From Chara braunii (taxonomy: Eukaryota; Plantae; Charophyceae), in contig BFEA01000011.1 in assembly GCA_003427395.1 (NCBI GenBank), positions 6,907,096 to 6,971,095 of the forward strand: a stretch of DNA of 64,000 nt, given 5' to 3'. The position numbers were made by a program, and so were the translations under genes. This document shows positions 37,617 to 48,879 of the stretch, one piece after another (within the stretch, counting starts at the first letter, position 1; every line of letters starts with the position of its first letter). The notes under the pieces are model-generated. The model made no database searches, was not told the DNA's origin, and saw only the letters and a program-made list of their open reading frames with translations.

Positions 37617-40600
37617 TGTCGTGCCCACTAGTACCTGAAGGTTCACTCTCAAGGCTTACATCTCCTCACTAAGACAGCTCCGGTTTCGTCGCATACCCGG
37701 TACCGATGTCGGGACAAATACCCTGACAAGGGTATTTGCCGGGGATTTTAAACGTCGGACGATGTCCGACTCTATAGTTGAATTGAAGGAGTAGATAAGA
37801 CTGGCGTTTGCCAAAAGTTTATTCAGACCTGACCGATGACTGAGAGATTAAAAGTTTTCGAGATTTAGTCTGGATGCTTCTGGCGTCCGAGAGTAACAAA
37901 AATAGCAAGCAGTGCTTCACTTTTCTTGAGGCCGTAGAGGCGCGCGAACATAGGAATGTGAAAATTAAACCTATTCTACCTAAACTAATGTCGCGCGGCT
38001 TAGCAAGGCCTATGTACGCTAAAACGTAACGGCCACGAATATGGTCGTAATCGTGGAACAGGTGCATCCCCAGAAGGTTCTAGGGGGTGATGGGACTGTG
38101 CCTGATCGTTTTGAGCAGGCAACAGTTAAAGTGGCTCAGTACAGCCATTTCCAGGAGCACCTAGCCTGGGAAAACGGCCAGGTACTTCTCGGGGTTAATG
38201 ATCTTGGGTTCCCTAAGGGAAAACCAAGGCACCGGGCTCCTCGCCATTGATTTAGATCGAGGGCCAGGAGCACCCACGAATTCTGCCTGGTTGTGGGCAA
38301 AGCAACAGCCCACATGCCTTCGGCTGGGTATAAAAGCCAGCTCCCCACCCAATAGCCTAACACTTGTGGCAATGCTGCTGGGGCATTCTACTTGAAGTAG
38401 ATGCTGGCTGGCTGGCTGCACGTGTAGTGAGGGAGTGTTGGCGAAGTGCTGGAGGTCTGCAGGAGCACTTAGGGGAGAGACAGGCAGCGGTCATAGCCGG
38501 GAGGCTGGAGCTCATAGCCATTCCTCGACACTTGGTATTGCGGCCGCTAGGTTGCGTCTGGGACTAGTGTCGCGAGAATAGTTCGGTTGGTGGAGTGGTG
38601 CTGCTATGACAGAGAAAGAGTGGAGGACTGCTGAGAATTGGGGGAGGAGAAGAGAGGCAGCCATAGTTGAGGGCTAGGAGCTTTTGCCCCACCCTTGTGC
38701 ATGCGCTGTGTGGGGGCAGGTGTTGCGGCCGTAAAGCGGCAGTAGCGGCACTTCGGTGGGAAGTGCTGCCATTTTTTTGGGCACGGAGGCAGCGGCACTT
38801 TGGTGGGGAGGTGTTGTTGGACTGAATGCGTGGCGGCATCAAGGTCTCCTTAAGGGGAGGTGCTGTCCGTTTGGCGACACGACAACGACATTTTTTTTTT
38901 GGTGAGGTGACGCTGCCAAGTTTTTGGCACGGCGGTCGGCACTGCAGTGGAAAATGCTGCCAATTGTTTTTTGGCACGGCGGCGTGGTACCAGTTCCGAC
39001 GGCGCGGCGAGCGGCAGTCTCACTTTTAATTTTGATGTGCGTGGTGATGGTGGAGTATTCTCTCATGATCCAGCAGTGGATGGACATTGGTGCACATTTG
39101 GGATTGTGCGGCAGTGGTGTGTGGGCCGGCGACATAAAGAAAGTGCAGAGTGAGTGCACACGGCAGTGATTATTGGGCACGCGGCACATGCAGTTTTCAG
39201 CCAAAGCCACCTTTACTTTTTTGCGGGGTACGGTGCGAGAGGTATTGGTGTTTGAGACCATCCGGTGCTGCGGCGGTAACCCGGGATCACTCGGGACTGT
39301 TTTTGGGACCAAGTGGAACCAACTTGAGGGTCAAGATTTTGAGCGTGTGCAGCCTGTGTTTCCCACATTTGAAACTATCTGATGCGGACGCAGTGATTTG
39401 AGGCAAAGTGGCGCTACAAGTTGGGTTGGAACAGATCCTCGGAGGTCATGGTGGAGTTGGAACTGTGTAGGGTACTGAGACCTTATGAGACTTGGGTTAG
39501 CTCATTAAGTTCACTCAGTGGACCTAACCTCTGCTAATCTGGGACTTGGAGGAAGAGGCAAACCGTCGTTCAGTGGAACAACCACAACTTGTGGACCGCA
39601 TACTTTCGGCTTCCACGACGGATATCTTTTATTTGATTATGATACTACTCGGCTTTTCGTAAGTGAGCCCACACTTGCTTGACCCACAAGGTCAGTCAGT
39701 TGATTGACTCGGACTTTCCTTCACAACTGTGTGAACCCACACTTGCTTGACCCTGTTCATTGAATATTCATCGAAAAGGTATAGGAAAGTTGTGCGAGTC
39801 ACGCATGTGAACGAAAAAGGTCAGACTTGGGTATAGGGTTTCATTGGTTTTCTTTAAACTTGGTTGTTTTGCTTTGAGTTCAGGTAGGAATGCTTGCAAA
39901 GGAGGTTGATTGTGTCTACAAGGGATGATGAAAAATATAGTTTTATTTCTACCTTTCACTTGCCTGCTTATCATAAAGACTTTGTTTTGAAAAAGATTAT
40001 TCAGTGCATGTTATAAAATGAATTCGATTGAAATAAAGCGGATAAGGTCAAAAGGGACTTAGCCTTTCCCGAGGATTTACCCATTCTATCCCGAAAGACC
40101 TCATCCACCTATACCTGTCCAAATGATTCTCATTCTCTATCTCATTCTGTTTTTTTCCATCCAAGTTACCTTGAACTTAGGATAAATGAGAATAATTGAA
40201 AGCTACTTGCAATGGACACATTCTCTCTCTCTAGGAAGCATCTAGGGCGGGGGTTCGTTTCTTTAGGAGCCGGCCCTATTATCGACCCAGAGTGGACCGT
40301 TCTTAGGGGGGGGACTCTGCCGATTCGGTGGAGACGGCCCGACTTCTGAGATCCGAGCTTTGTGCTCGAGCGAGGAGTACCCCAAACCACTTCCTAGAGG
40401 GACAGACGTGTAATACTTCTAGCAATGCACCTGATCAAGAATCATCCACAAAACAGTCTGTCATCCAAGAAGATTGGAAATGAATGGAGACAAGTGTGTG
40501 CATGCCTAATCTTAAGTCGGTGGTAGGTGAAATTAATAACTTCGGCAACGCGTCTCATCAAGTCGAAACTAAGGCAGTCGGTTACCTTGTTGGCTGCATC

Positions 40601-41274
40601 AATATTATTGTCGATAGCCAACTCCTTGTTGGCGGTTGTTTGATTGTTTTATGGTGTTTGACCTGAGATGGTCGGATTGTTTTTTTATCTTGTATTATTG
40701 GAAGTATCTAATGATGATTTTGATCCTTTTAGTTGTCATTTCAGATTGAATATTTATTTTTATCGACTACGGTCGATCCTTTTGATATAATAATGTATGG
40801 TTGTTATAATTTTCTTTTAACGGTCTGTCTAAGGGACTTGGATGAAATGTGGTTTCACACTTAGTTGAAACCGTCCTAGTTGACCGACGTCCGTTTCGTA
40901 CTTAGGAGATCAGCGCCCTAAGGAACGGACGACGCTCGGGTCCGCTTGGCGTTTAACCAAGCGTATCCATACTACAGCAAATTAGCAAACACCCTCCGTT
41001 GACCCACCTCTGCAATTGCATTTAAAAGCTTTCTCACGTGGGTCAGTAGCTCGGTAGGGATATACCCTTAGTGTGGTGACAGCCCCTTAGGGAAGGAAAG
41101 ATGTGCCTCGCGAAAACCTGTCTTGTCATAGGGGATCGTGGGATGTATAGCTACCGCACCCGGCTAGAGCGGCGAAGGGGCGACGCAACCGCGGCCGTCT
41201 CGACGGTTCGCAGAGTTATTTTACGTCGTTCCCGAGTTGTCTCTCTGTAGTATTTGTTTAACTCTTGCGTGACA
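37617..41274. repeat. About 3.7-kb non-coding LTR-like segment, unclassified
   Basis: No coding signal; TGTC...GACA candidate ends; internal GCGGCAC arrays and a duplicated cccacacttgcttgaccc; no TSD seen. Confidence 0.3.
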
Positions 41275-41942
41275 TGGTCGAGAGGGCTCTCGCCTCTACG
41301 AAAAGGCAGAAGCCAATGCGCTCCACAACGGTCTTAAGGCTAGACGAGTTGTTTAACGAGCGCCCGCTGCTCATGCCCATGCTTCCTACTTACCGGCGAG
41401 TCATCCAGTTGTTGAGCTTCTATCCTGGCTCATCCACATGTGTCTGACCAGCTGCTGACTCAAGACAAAATCAGATATGTCACCTAGTATTTCGTCCAGC
41501 AGCAGCGACACCACGATGTGGGAAGGTACACACGACACTCAATCATGCATTAAAGCCAATGTAGGGCTTCTGGAGGCAATGCACTTCACTGGTGAACATT
41601 CCGCTAATGACGCTCCACGAGGCCACTCCACGCATACAGTACGTACTCGACAACCCCCACTTGCGTCCATTTCTTCTTCGGCCTCCAACCCCAAGGTCAA
41701 CTCCAAATCTCATCTTGTCGGCCTTAGTCTTGCCAGCGATCATCAACACCGGATGCAGCGAGTACCAGCTCCGATACCAATTGCAATGAACCACTTAGTT
41801 CGACACTCCATGCACATGCTCAATGAGAGCTCACACAAAATCCACACTGAAGAGCAGAGATGAAAAATTCCAGCGAATTATCATATTACACAGTTTGAGA
41901 GTTCCACTTACCAAACGGTCTCCCTTCCTCTCTCTCCCTCAT

Positions 41943-42041
<99 letters not shown>

Positions 42042-42993
42042 NCCCCCCCCCCCCCCCCCCCCCCCGCCCTCTCTCTCTCTCTCTCTCTCTCTGAAGATCC
42101 CGACTCTAGATACATCCGCCCACTACTCAACTCTACTCTTACTACCACCTCAGCGGCTATGGCCACCTTCATACTACAGAGCAGCGCTGCCCAGCCAGGG
42201 TTCTAGTGCTAGGTGAACTCGCAAATAGCGCACAAGCGCTCAGCAACACTTCCACACTACTCACAAACGAGCAATCTGTCCGAAATGTGGCTTGCCAGTC
42301 CCTATATTGACTTCAACTGGGCCTGGACTCGTCCCAGGCTCTGCTTCTCTTGGCTTAACTTTAACCGGTACCAGTTGTCAGCGGCCTGTTTGCTTTTGGA
42401 ATATTGATGCTCGGTACCTTCCAAAATTTTCCTTGGTGTGCTGCTGCCTTTTGACTGTGGGACGTGACTTTTGGCTGTGGGACATGACTTTTGCATGTGG
42501 GACGTGACTTTTGACTGGGTATCTGTTGGATTGGACCTCCTCTGGGGTACCCGACTTGACCTTGTCTGTATCTCGCCGAATTGCCCTCTTTTGACCGGGG
42601 GACTTTTGACCCTGAAATCTGAATTTGGGGTGTGCAGCGTGAAATCCCTTTCAAAGAAAAACAAGGGAGTGGAAGAAGAAGAGGCCGGGAGGGGGTGAGA
42701 TTCTTACCTCTCATCGCCTTGTACAAAGATGGACCCGGTATGCTTTGCTTTAACATGTTTGACGGATGGTTTCATCCGGTTGTGAGCCAAGATGTGGATG
42801 CTACCTCTTGAACGGGTGTTTGAAAAGTGTGGTCATCTTGTGATCTCAGGTCACTGGGTGGCTCGTCCGATTGCGCAGCATGGATGGAGGAAAAGAGTAG
42901 TAGGTGGCCGCAAAGAATGGAGAGGAAGGAGGAGGACAAGGCAGGCGGCTTACCTGACCTACTGTTGGTAATTTTGTTTCATTATCATTGCAT

Positions 42994-43031
42994 CTGTCTC
43001 TTATACACATCTAGATGTGTATAAGAGACAG
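42994..43031. other. Nextera mate-pair junction adapter (assembly artefact)
   Basis: Exact CTGTCTCTTATACACATCT+AGATGTGTATAAGAGACAG; about 70 bp of flank is duplicated across it. Confidence 0.98.
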
Positions 43032-43233
43032 GAGGAAGGAGGAGGACAAGGCAGGCGGCTTACCTGACCTACTGTTGGTAATTTTGTTTCATTATCATTG
43101 CATCTGGTCGTATTTGCGGCCAAGTACACTTTGTGCGCAAGTCAGGAGGGGTTGCGCCTCAATCCTCTCGTCCTATAGCCATCTCCCTTCCTCATATGTC
43201 CTTTCCCTCATCCATCTCTTACTTCTGCAGAGG

Positions 43234-43271
43234 CTGTCTCTTATACACATCTAGATGTGTATAAGAGACAG
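43234..43271. other. Nextera mate-pair junction adapter, second copy (assembly artefact)
   Basis: Same exact 38-mer; about 95 bp of flank is duplicated across it. Confidence 0.98.
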
Positions 43272-43544
43272 AGTCAGGAGGGGTTGCGCCTCAATCCTCT
43301 CGTCCTATAGCCATCTCCCTTCCTCATATGTCCTTTCCCTCATCCATCTCTTACTTCTGCAGAGGGGTCCTCTGCCTTCCACTTTGAGTCCGAGCTCAAC
43401 TATAGGAATCGCAGTAGGGTAGCTAGCGGTGGAAGACAGCTCGAGAGAGGGAGGAGTGAAGGCGATCGACAAAGAGGGAAAAGAAGGCAACACAGAAGCA
43501 GGACAGATGAGACACTTACCTACCGCACATATGAACTTCAGCAA

Positions 43545-43825
43545 CCATGCGAGCAACTGGGTGCTTAGACATCACGTGAAGAAATCTGAGTGACGGGAAC
43601 TTCTGCAGCTGGACCGTCCACCAACCACAACTTGTTGTGAGATGTTCAAGTTAGAGCATGCCTGTTCAGACCTAAAAGATGGTGATGTTTGAGCAGGGCA
43701 AGGCCAGAGGAAACTCGTGTGGAAGCTCGCAGTGATAATGACTGACATGCAAATCGTTTGTTAGACTTGATCATAGGGCGAAAGTCTAATCGATCTGTCA
43801 GGTAGCTGGTTCCCACCGAGTTACC
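43545..43825 (+). pseudogene. Degenerate nuclear 28S/25S rRNA fragment
   Basis: gagcatgcctgt..gacc..aaagatggtga..gccagaggaaactc..gtgga.gctcgcag..ctgacatgcaaatcgtt..gggcgaaag.ctaatcga..gtagctggttccc is colinear with the conserved LSU core after the D2/D3 region (recognised from memory). Confidence 0.85.
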
Positions 43826-44226
43826 AACCCATATTGGTTGCTTATGCCGTTGTAATCATCGTCCTCTCCCCGTTGCACATATTGTCTCCTTCCTGTTGTT
43901 ATCGTCATTTTTCCTCCCTGTTCGTGATTGTCTTTATCATCCAAATATTGTTCCTTTTCATGAGCAGGGTCCTTTCTGGCCGCTGACCGCCGTTCTTGTA
44001 TTGTCGTCGTCATTTACCGTCTGTCTTCTCTTCGTTATTTTTTATTATGATTACCCTTTCGAACCTGGACACAATTTCGGCCAGGTGTATTCCGCTTGTG
44101 CCCGACATCAAGGCCAGAAACATACACGAAATCACGAAGCAGTTGGGCAGTGCTATTCGTTGTGGGAGGAAGATAATGAAAGGCAGGAGAAAGAGGGAAG
44201 AAAAGCAGGAGGAGGAGAAGTAAAAA

Positions 44227-44281
<55 letters not shown>

Positions 44282-45564
44282 GGCCATGGGAGGCGGAGAA
44301 GAAGAAACTTACCTCGGTCTTTTGGAATGCAAAATGTTGTCGGTGCGGGATTAACCTGAGCGTTCAGCCATGGCGCCAAGCTGTGCGCTAGCTCACGCGC
44401 GCTCGCTACTTGGATGAATCCAACGAGTGGCTCTTCTGCATTGGCCTCTCGAGGTTCATCGTGACAAGAATAGAGTGTTGTAACTTACCTATCTTGGATG
44501 GGAACTGCCTAGTAACCGTGAGATATCAGGTCACGCTTACATCCTTGAAAGGTGCATTCATCTGCCAACATCTGAGATGCAGTCATTTTTCTTTCGTTCT
44601 TTCTTCTCTTTTTCTTCTCTTTTTCTTTTTTCTTTATTTATTTGTTTGTTTTAGCTTTTTTCTCACTTGTTTGTTCTACCTGAATGAGTAAGGGACCGTA
44701 ATCGTGGTCAGGTGCACTTCAGATTTGGCCTGGATTACCGTTGGATCGTGTAGTATATGACCACGTAACCCTCTCGAGGATCATTGTGGCTGGGATAGTT
44801 TGTTGTCATAATCGAAGCTTGAACGTGAGATACAAAGCGAGCACGAGCCATGGCGTTGCACTGATTACACCCTTGCTCCTTCTACACGCTGCTCATCACT
44901 TCTACCGACTGCTTGGGTTGCGATAATCCCGATGGCTTGTCGCCGACGGTACTATGAGAAGTTGATGGCTGAAGAAGCGCAAAAGAAGATGAGACGAAAA
45001 AGAGGGGGAGGAGAAGCCTGGGAGATGAGGAGAATGGCAACGAAGGGGGATATGGTGAGAGACCTAGCGGTCGACCAAGACAGTGTCCGATGACTGTTTC
45101 AAACAAGCCAGTGTGCTGGATGTGTGGTGGTGTTGGGCTAGGAGTGCCACTTATTGCATCTTCAAACTGTCCGTTGTTGTCTGTGACGTCTCAACTCTGC
45201 ACTGGAGTCAGTTTCCACAGATCGTTGCTACCATTTCTATTGCACGCTACTACCATCAATGCTGTAGCAAGTGATTGATGTTGGAACTACTACATGAGAT
45301 GCGTACAGGGTCAGATATGTGCTTCTGTACTAAGTACTTTGACTACCGTCATGGAGTTGCAATTTTACCTCAACAGATTATTGTTATTACACAGTTTGGT
45401 ACCTGCTGGTGCGTGAGATAGCAACTTGTGCTCAATTCTGGTGCTTGGTGTAACTAAGATTGTTGTTGGAAGGCCGCGAGGTGTTGAAATTACTATATTG
45501 TTTTGGAGGAGACTCACTACAACAGCCAAGACTGCTCCTCAGTCCCGAAATTGTTATTTGATTA

Positions 45565-48543
45565 GACGCAGGATTCACGACAACATTTTCCTGGTCAATG
45601 AGATCCTCAAGTTAACGAGGCAGGACAAAAGCAACGCTGCCGTGGTCTTCATCGACTTCGGAAAAGCATACGACCATGTGGACTAGACCTTCTTAGATAG
45701 GTGAATGCAGAAAATGAATATTGGGCCAATCTTCTGTCGTTGGACTGAGATCCTTCATCACAATGCTACGACGAGCGTCCAGGTCAACGGACGGATGGCA
45801 CCAGTAATCTCACTGCAACGGTCGGTCCGCCAAGGAGACCCCTTGGCCCCCTTCCTTTTTATCATTGTGATGGAGGCATTGGCAGCGAACCTCCATACTA
45901 ACAAAGATCTCAGAAAGTTACAGATCTCTGCCATCCCTGAGGAGGCGATCCCCGTATGTTCGATGTTCGCGGATGACCTGACAGTACTGGTGGACGCCAC
46001 CCCCGAGAACATGGAAGACATTAAACATTTGTTGGACCGATTCACGACAGTTTCGGATATGACGATCAATTGGGAGAATAAAACGCTGGGATGGTGGATC
46101 CATCACCAAGGAGTGCGTCCGCCGGAACAGCCGCAAACGACGAATGGATCCTTAAACCGGCATTGCAAAAACTGACACATTGGAACGACAAGCATACATC
46201 CTTGATTGGTAGAGCTCTGGCAATTAACAACGCAGTCTTAGCAGCCCTCTGGTATAGATCGGCCCTTTGGGCCCTCAGTAAAGACGCAGTTAGATCACTA
46301 AAGAGGCAAAGTGCCGCCCTGCTGTGGAGAGGCAATAGTGAACTTCCAAACGCCATAAGTAGAGTGGCTTGGTCATCGGTGATCCAGCCCAAGGACAAAG
46401 GGGGCTTGGGTATCCTGGACCCAGTCATCCAGGTAACCGCGCTGATGATGCAATGGATCAGACGACTCGTATTTACGCCGGACCTTCCCTGGTACTCTCT
46501 TGCTCTTGAACAGATTGCTAGATTGGCACCGCAAGCCCCACGAGGTCTGGATACCCTAACCTGGCTCAAGGACCGATATTGGTCCATACCACGGCGCCCT
46601 CAGGTCAACAGAGACTCCACTCGTAGAGTGATTTCTGGCCCCGAGTGCTCAAGGCCTGGCGCCAACTGCCACTGCCAGAAAAAACCTCGCCGAACAGATG
46701 GGAAGAAGTGATGAGGCAACCCCTCTTCGGCAACAAAAATATCACTGATAGAAATGGTAGGGTACACCGCAGTTCGGACCCCCCGTGGATCAGCTGGGTC
46801 AGAAACGGTATAGTAAGGATCAAAGACATATGGGACCCGGCGAGAAGGGACTGGAAGACCGTGCCACAGTTGAGGGTTCAGATGAGGTACTCTCATGACA
46901 TCAAAAAGAACCTAGAAACCCTGATCTTTGACATTCCTCTTGATTGGGTACGCACCCTTCGAAAAGGACCGCGGCTAGTGATAGGAGATTGGGTCGCAGC
47001 ACCGGATGACACGCAAAGTGTTGGCAGGGTGGTGGATGTGCGGGCAGACAAATCCCAGGTCAAACTCTTCCATAAGGGAAAGGACAACATTCTCACCTTG
47101 CACTCCCCGGATACAGTAAGGTGGTGGAAGAATGAAGAGTTGCACAGAATCCGGGTACTGGGACACAAAGACGAATGGATTGCATATCGCCCCGATTCCC
47201 CCCTTGCTGAACTCTCCTTCGATCTGGCGGAGTGGTGCTGGACGCCTGCACGCAGAACACAAGCCAATCCGAACATAAACCTCCTGGGTCTGTCCGTGAA
47301 GGCCACCTGCACGCAGAACACAAGCCAATCCGGCTGCTGAGGCCAAAAGTGAATCTTAAAGAGGTAGTAAAAGCCCGCTGGATAGCCCACCTGAACTTAA
47401 ATCAGGGGACCGTACGCCCGATTCGGCGGTTCTCAACCATGAGATCCAAACCGGCCAAATTTGCGTCGTTGCAGTGGCAGATAGAGCACCGCTGCCTTCC
47501 GACAAATAATTGGCTTATAGATCGTACGTTCCTGGAGCAGAAGGGTCTGGCGCTCCCCTGGTGCAGATCCTGCCAAAATGCTTTCCCCTCCCGAAAGATC
47601 CCGGAAACTATTGAACATATCTTCCTACAGTGCCCGGGGGCGGTCCTCACTTGGCGCTGGTGGGATAGGATATGGAGCCTCCTGCACACTGGATCGAACT
47701 GGCTGTGGGATTGGAGAGCGCTCCTTTGTGAAGCATGGACCTCCCCCACGGACAGCGAGTTTGAAAATAATATGTTTAAAATAGGGGGGAGAGCGGTTAT
47801 TTGGGCACTTTGGAGGAAGCGCTGCACCTACACCATCGAGGGGGTCCGTATGGAAGGAGAGGAAGTAACGGAAATAATTAAACAGTATATACAACAAGAT
47901 CTCCTCTCCCGATGGCAGAAGGTGAAGAACCAATTACAGAAGTATCACCTAAAGAAAGACATCATACAAGCAATTAACCATTTCTCAGGGGACTGGCTGG
48001 GCAGCGAAAATGGGGGCTGGATCGCCTACATCCGATGGGAGGGCGGACAGTCTCCCGGACAGGAACAGGCGGACTTCAAGAGGGACTACTGCATCTTCTT
48101 CAAAGACTGGACTAAAGTGGACCAAGGCGTGCCGCTGCGCTCACCCGCAGATTTCCCGGACCCCTTCCCCCCCCATCAGCTTTCCATGGTAGATACATGC
48201 AGTAACCGACAGCCTCTAGCTGAGAGGAGCAACCAGGGGCAGAATAGGTGCATAACAGCCACATAAAAAAAGCTTAGCTGCAATAGGCTAACTTAGGCAG
48301 GGGTGAGGGGTGGTACATCCTTCTTGAAGGAAGCAATCAATGCCGCCCACTCGGGCCTCTCAACCTTAATGGGGAGGAGCGTGGTGTAAGTCAACTTTGT
48401 ACTATTCAATGGCTTGCCGGGGGAATAGGAACCGGACTGTTGCTCCCCAGAATGGCAGGAGCCAGAACCAAGAGGTTCTGATAAAACAAACAAACAAACA
48501 AACAAACAAACAAAACAAAAAAAAAAAAAAAAAAAAAAAAAAA
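45565..48543 (+). mobile_element. 5'-truncated L1/Tx1-like LINE: RT, C-terminal zinc-binding domain, 3' UTR and poly(A)
   Basis: DFGKAYD, VRQGDPLAPFLF, FADD, TSLIGRALAINN, KGGLG, CRSC..ETIEHIFLQC and IWALWRKR motifs; stop at 48266; (AAAC)n-poly(A) tail at about 48483-48543; several frameshifts. Confidence 0.93.
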
Positions 48544-48879
48544 CGGCAGTCTGAGGCCATTTAGCAATCAAGTGAGATTATGGGCGGCGATCCATAACTC
48601 AAAGACCAGTGGTTGCACCTCCGCGTGTAAATCAAGTGGCTTGGTGGGTCACTTCAGCTTCATCTGTATAACTCTATGGGCTATTGGAATAGGTAAATAA
48701 GTGGTTATTGGGACTTGGTGGTGGTCGGTGAAAGAGGTGTGACAGCCAGTTGAGGCACAAGAGTGAGCTGCAGTGTCAAAAACATTTGCCTGATCAATCG
48801 ACATGACTGCTATTCATCCTGAAAGCCTCTCGATAGTGTTTGAGAGATCCCCTATTGAATCTTGAGAGTCTGAGCGAGG

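Larger units (their letters stand above)
34333..42653 (-). mobile_element. Decayed, internally deleted Ty3/Gypsy element
   Basis: 5' LTR ends at 41782, followed by PBS TGGTATCGGAGC (41768-41779). The same approximately 88-bp LTR terminus recurs at 34333-34420. Gag fragments at 35524-36739 and RT fragments ([28 protein letters not shown]-like) at about 34500-35106. The right boundary is approximate, and whether all parts belong to one element is inferred. Confidence 0.7.

Noticed and set aside
41946-42065. Poly-C tract / poly-Pro ORFs
   Set aside because: About 120 C with an internal N, merging into (CT)n; probably a sequencing or gap-fill artefact and not coding.
42994-43271. CRISPR-like array or bacterial Tn5 insertion
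   Set aside because: Exact Nextera junction adapter; the apparent spacers are duplicated flanks; no cas or transposase genes.
44300-44375. Minus-strand GTAAGT donor as a candidate PLT exon 1
   Set aside because: The preceding sequence does not encode a TM1 ...LLGY and the nearby ATG frame stops after six codons.
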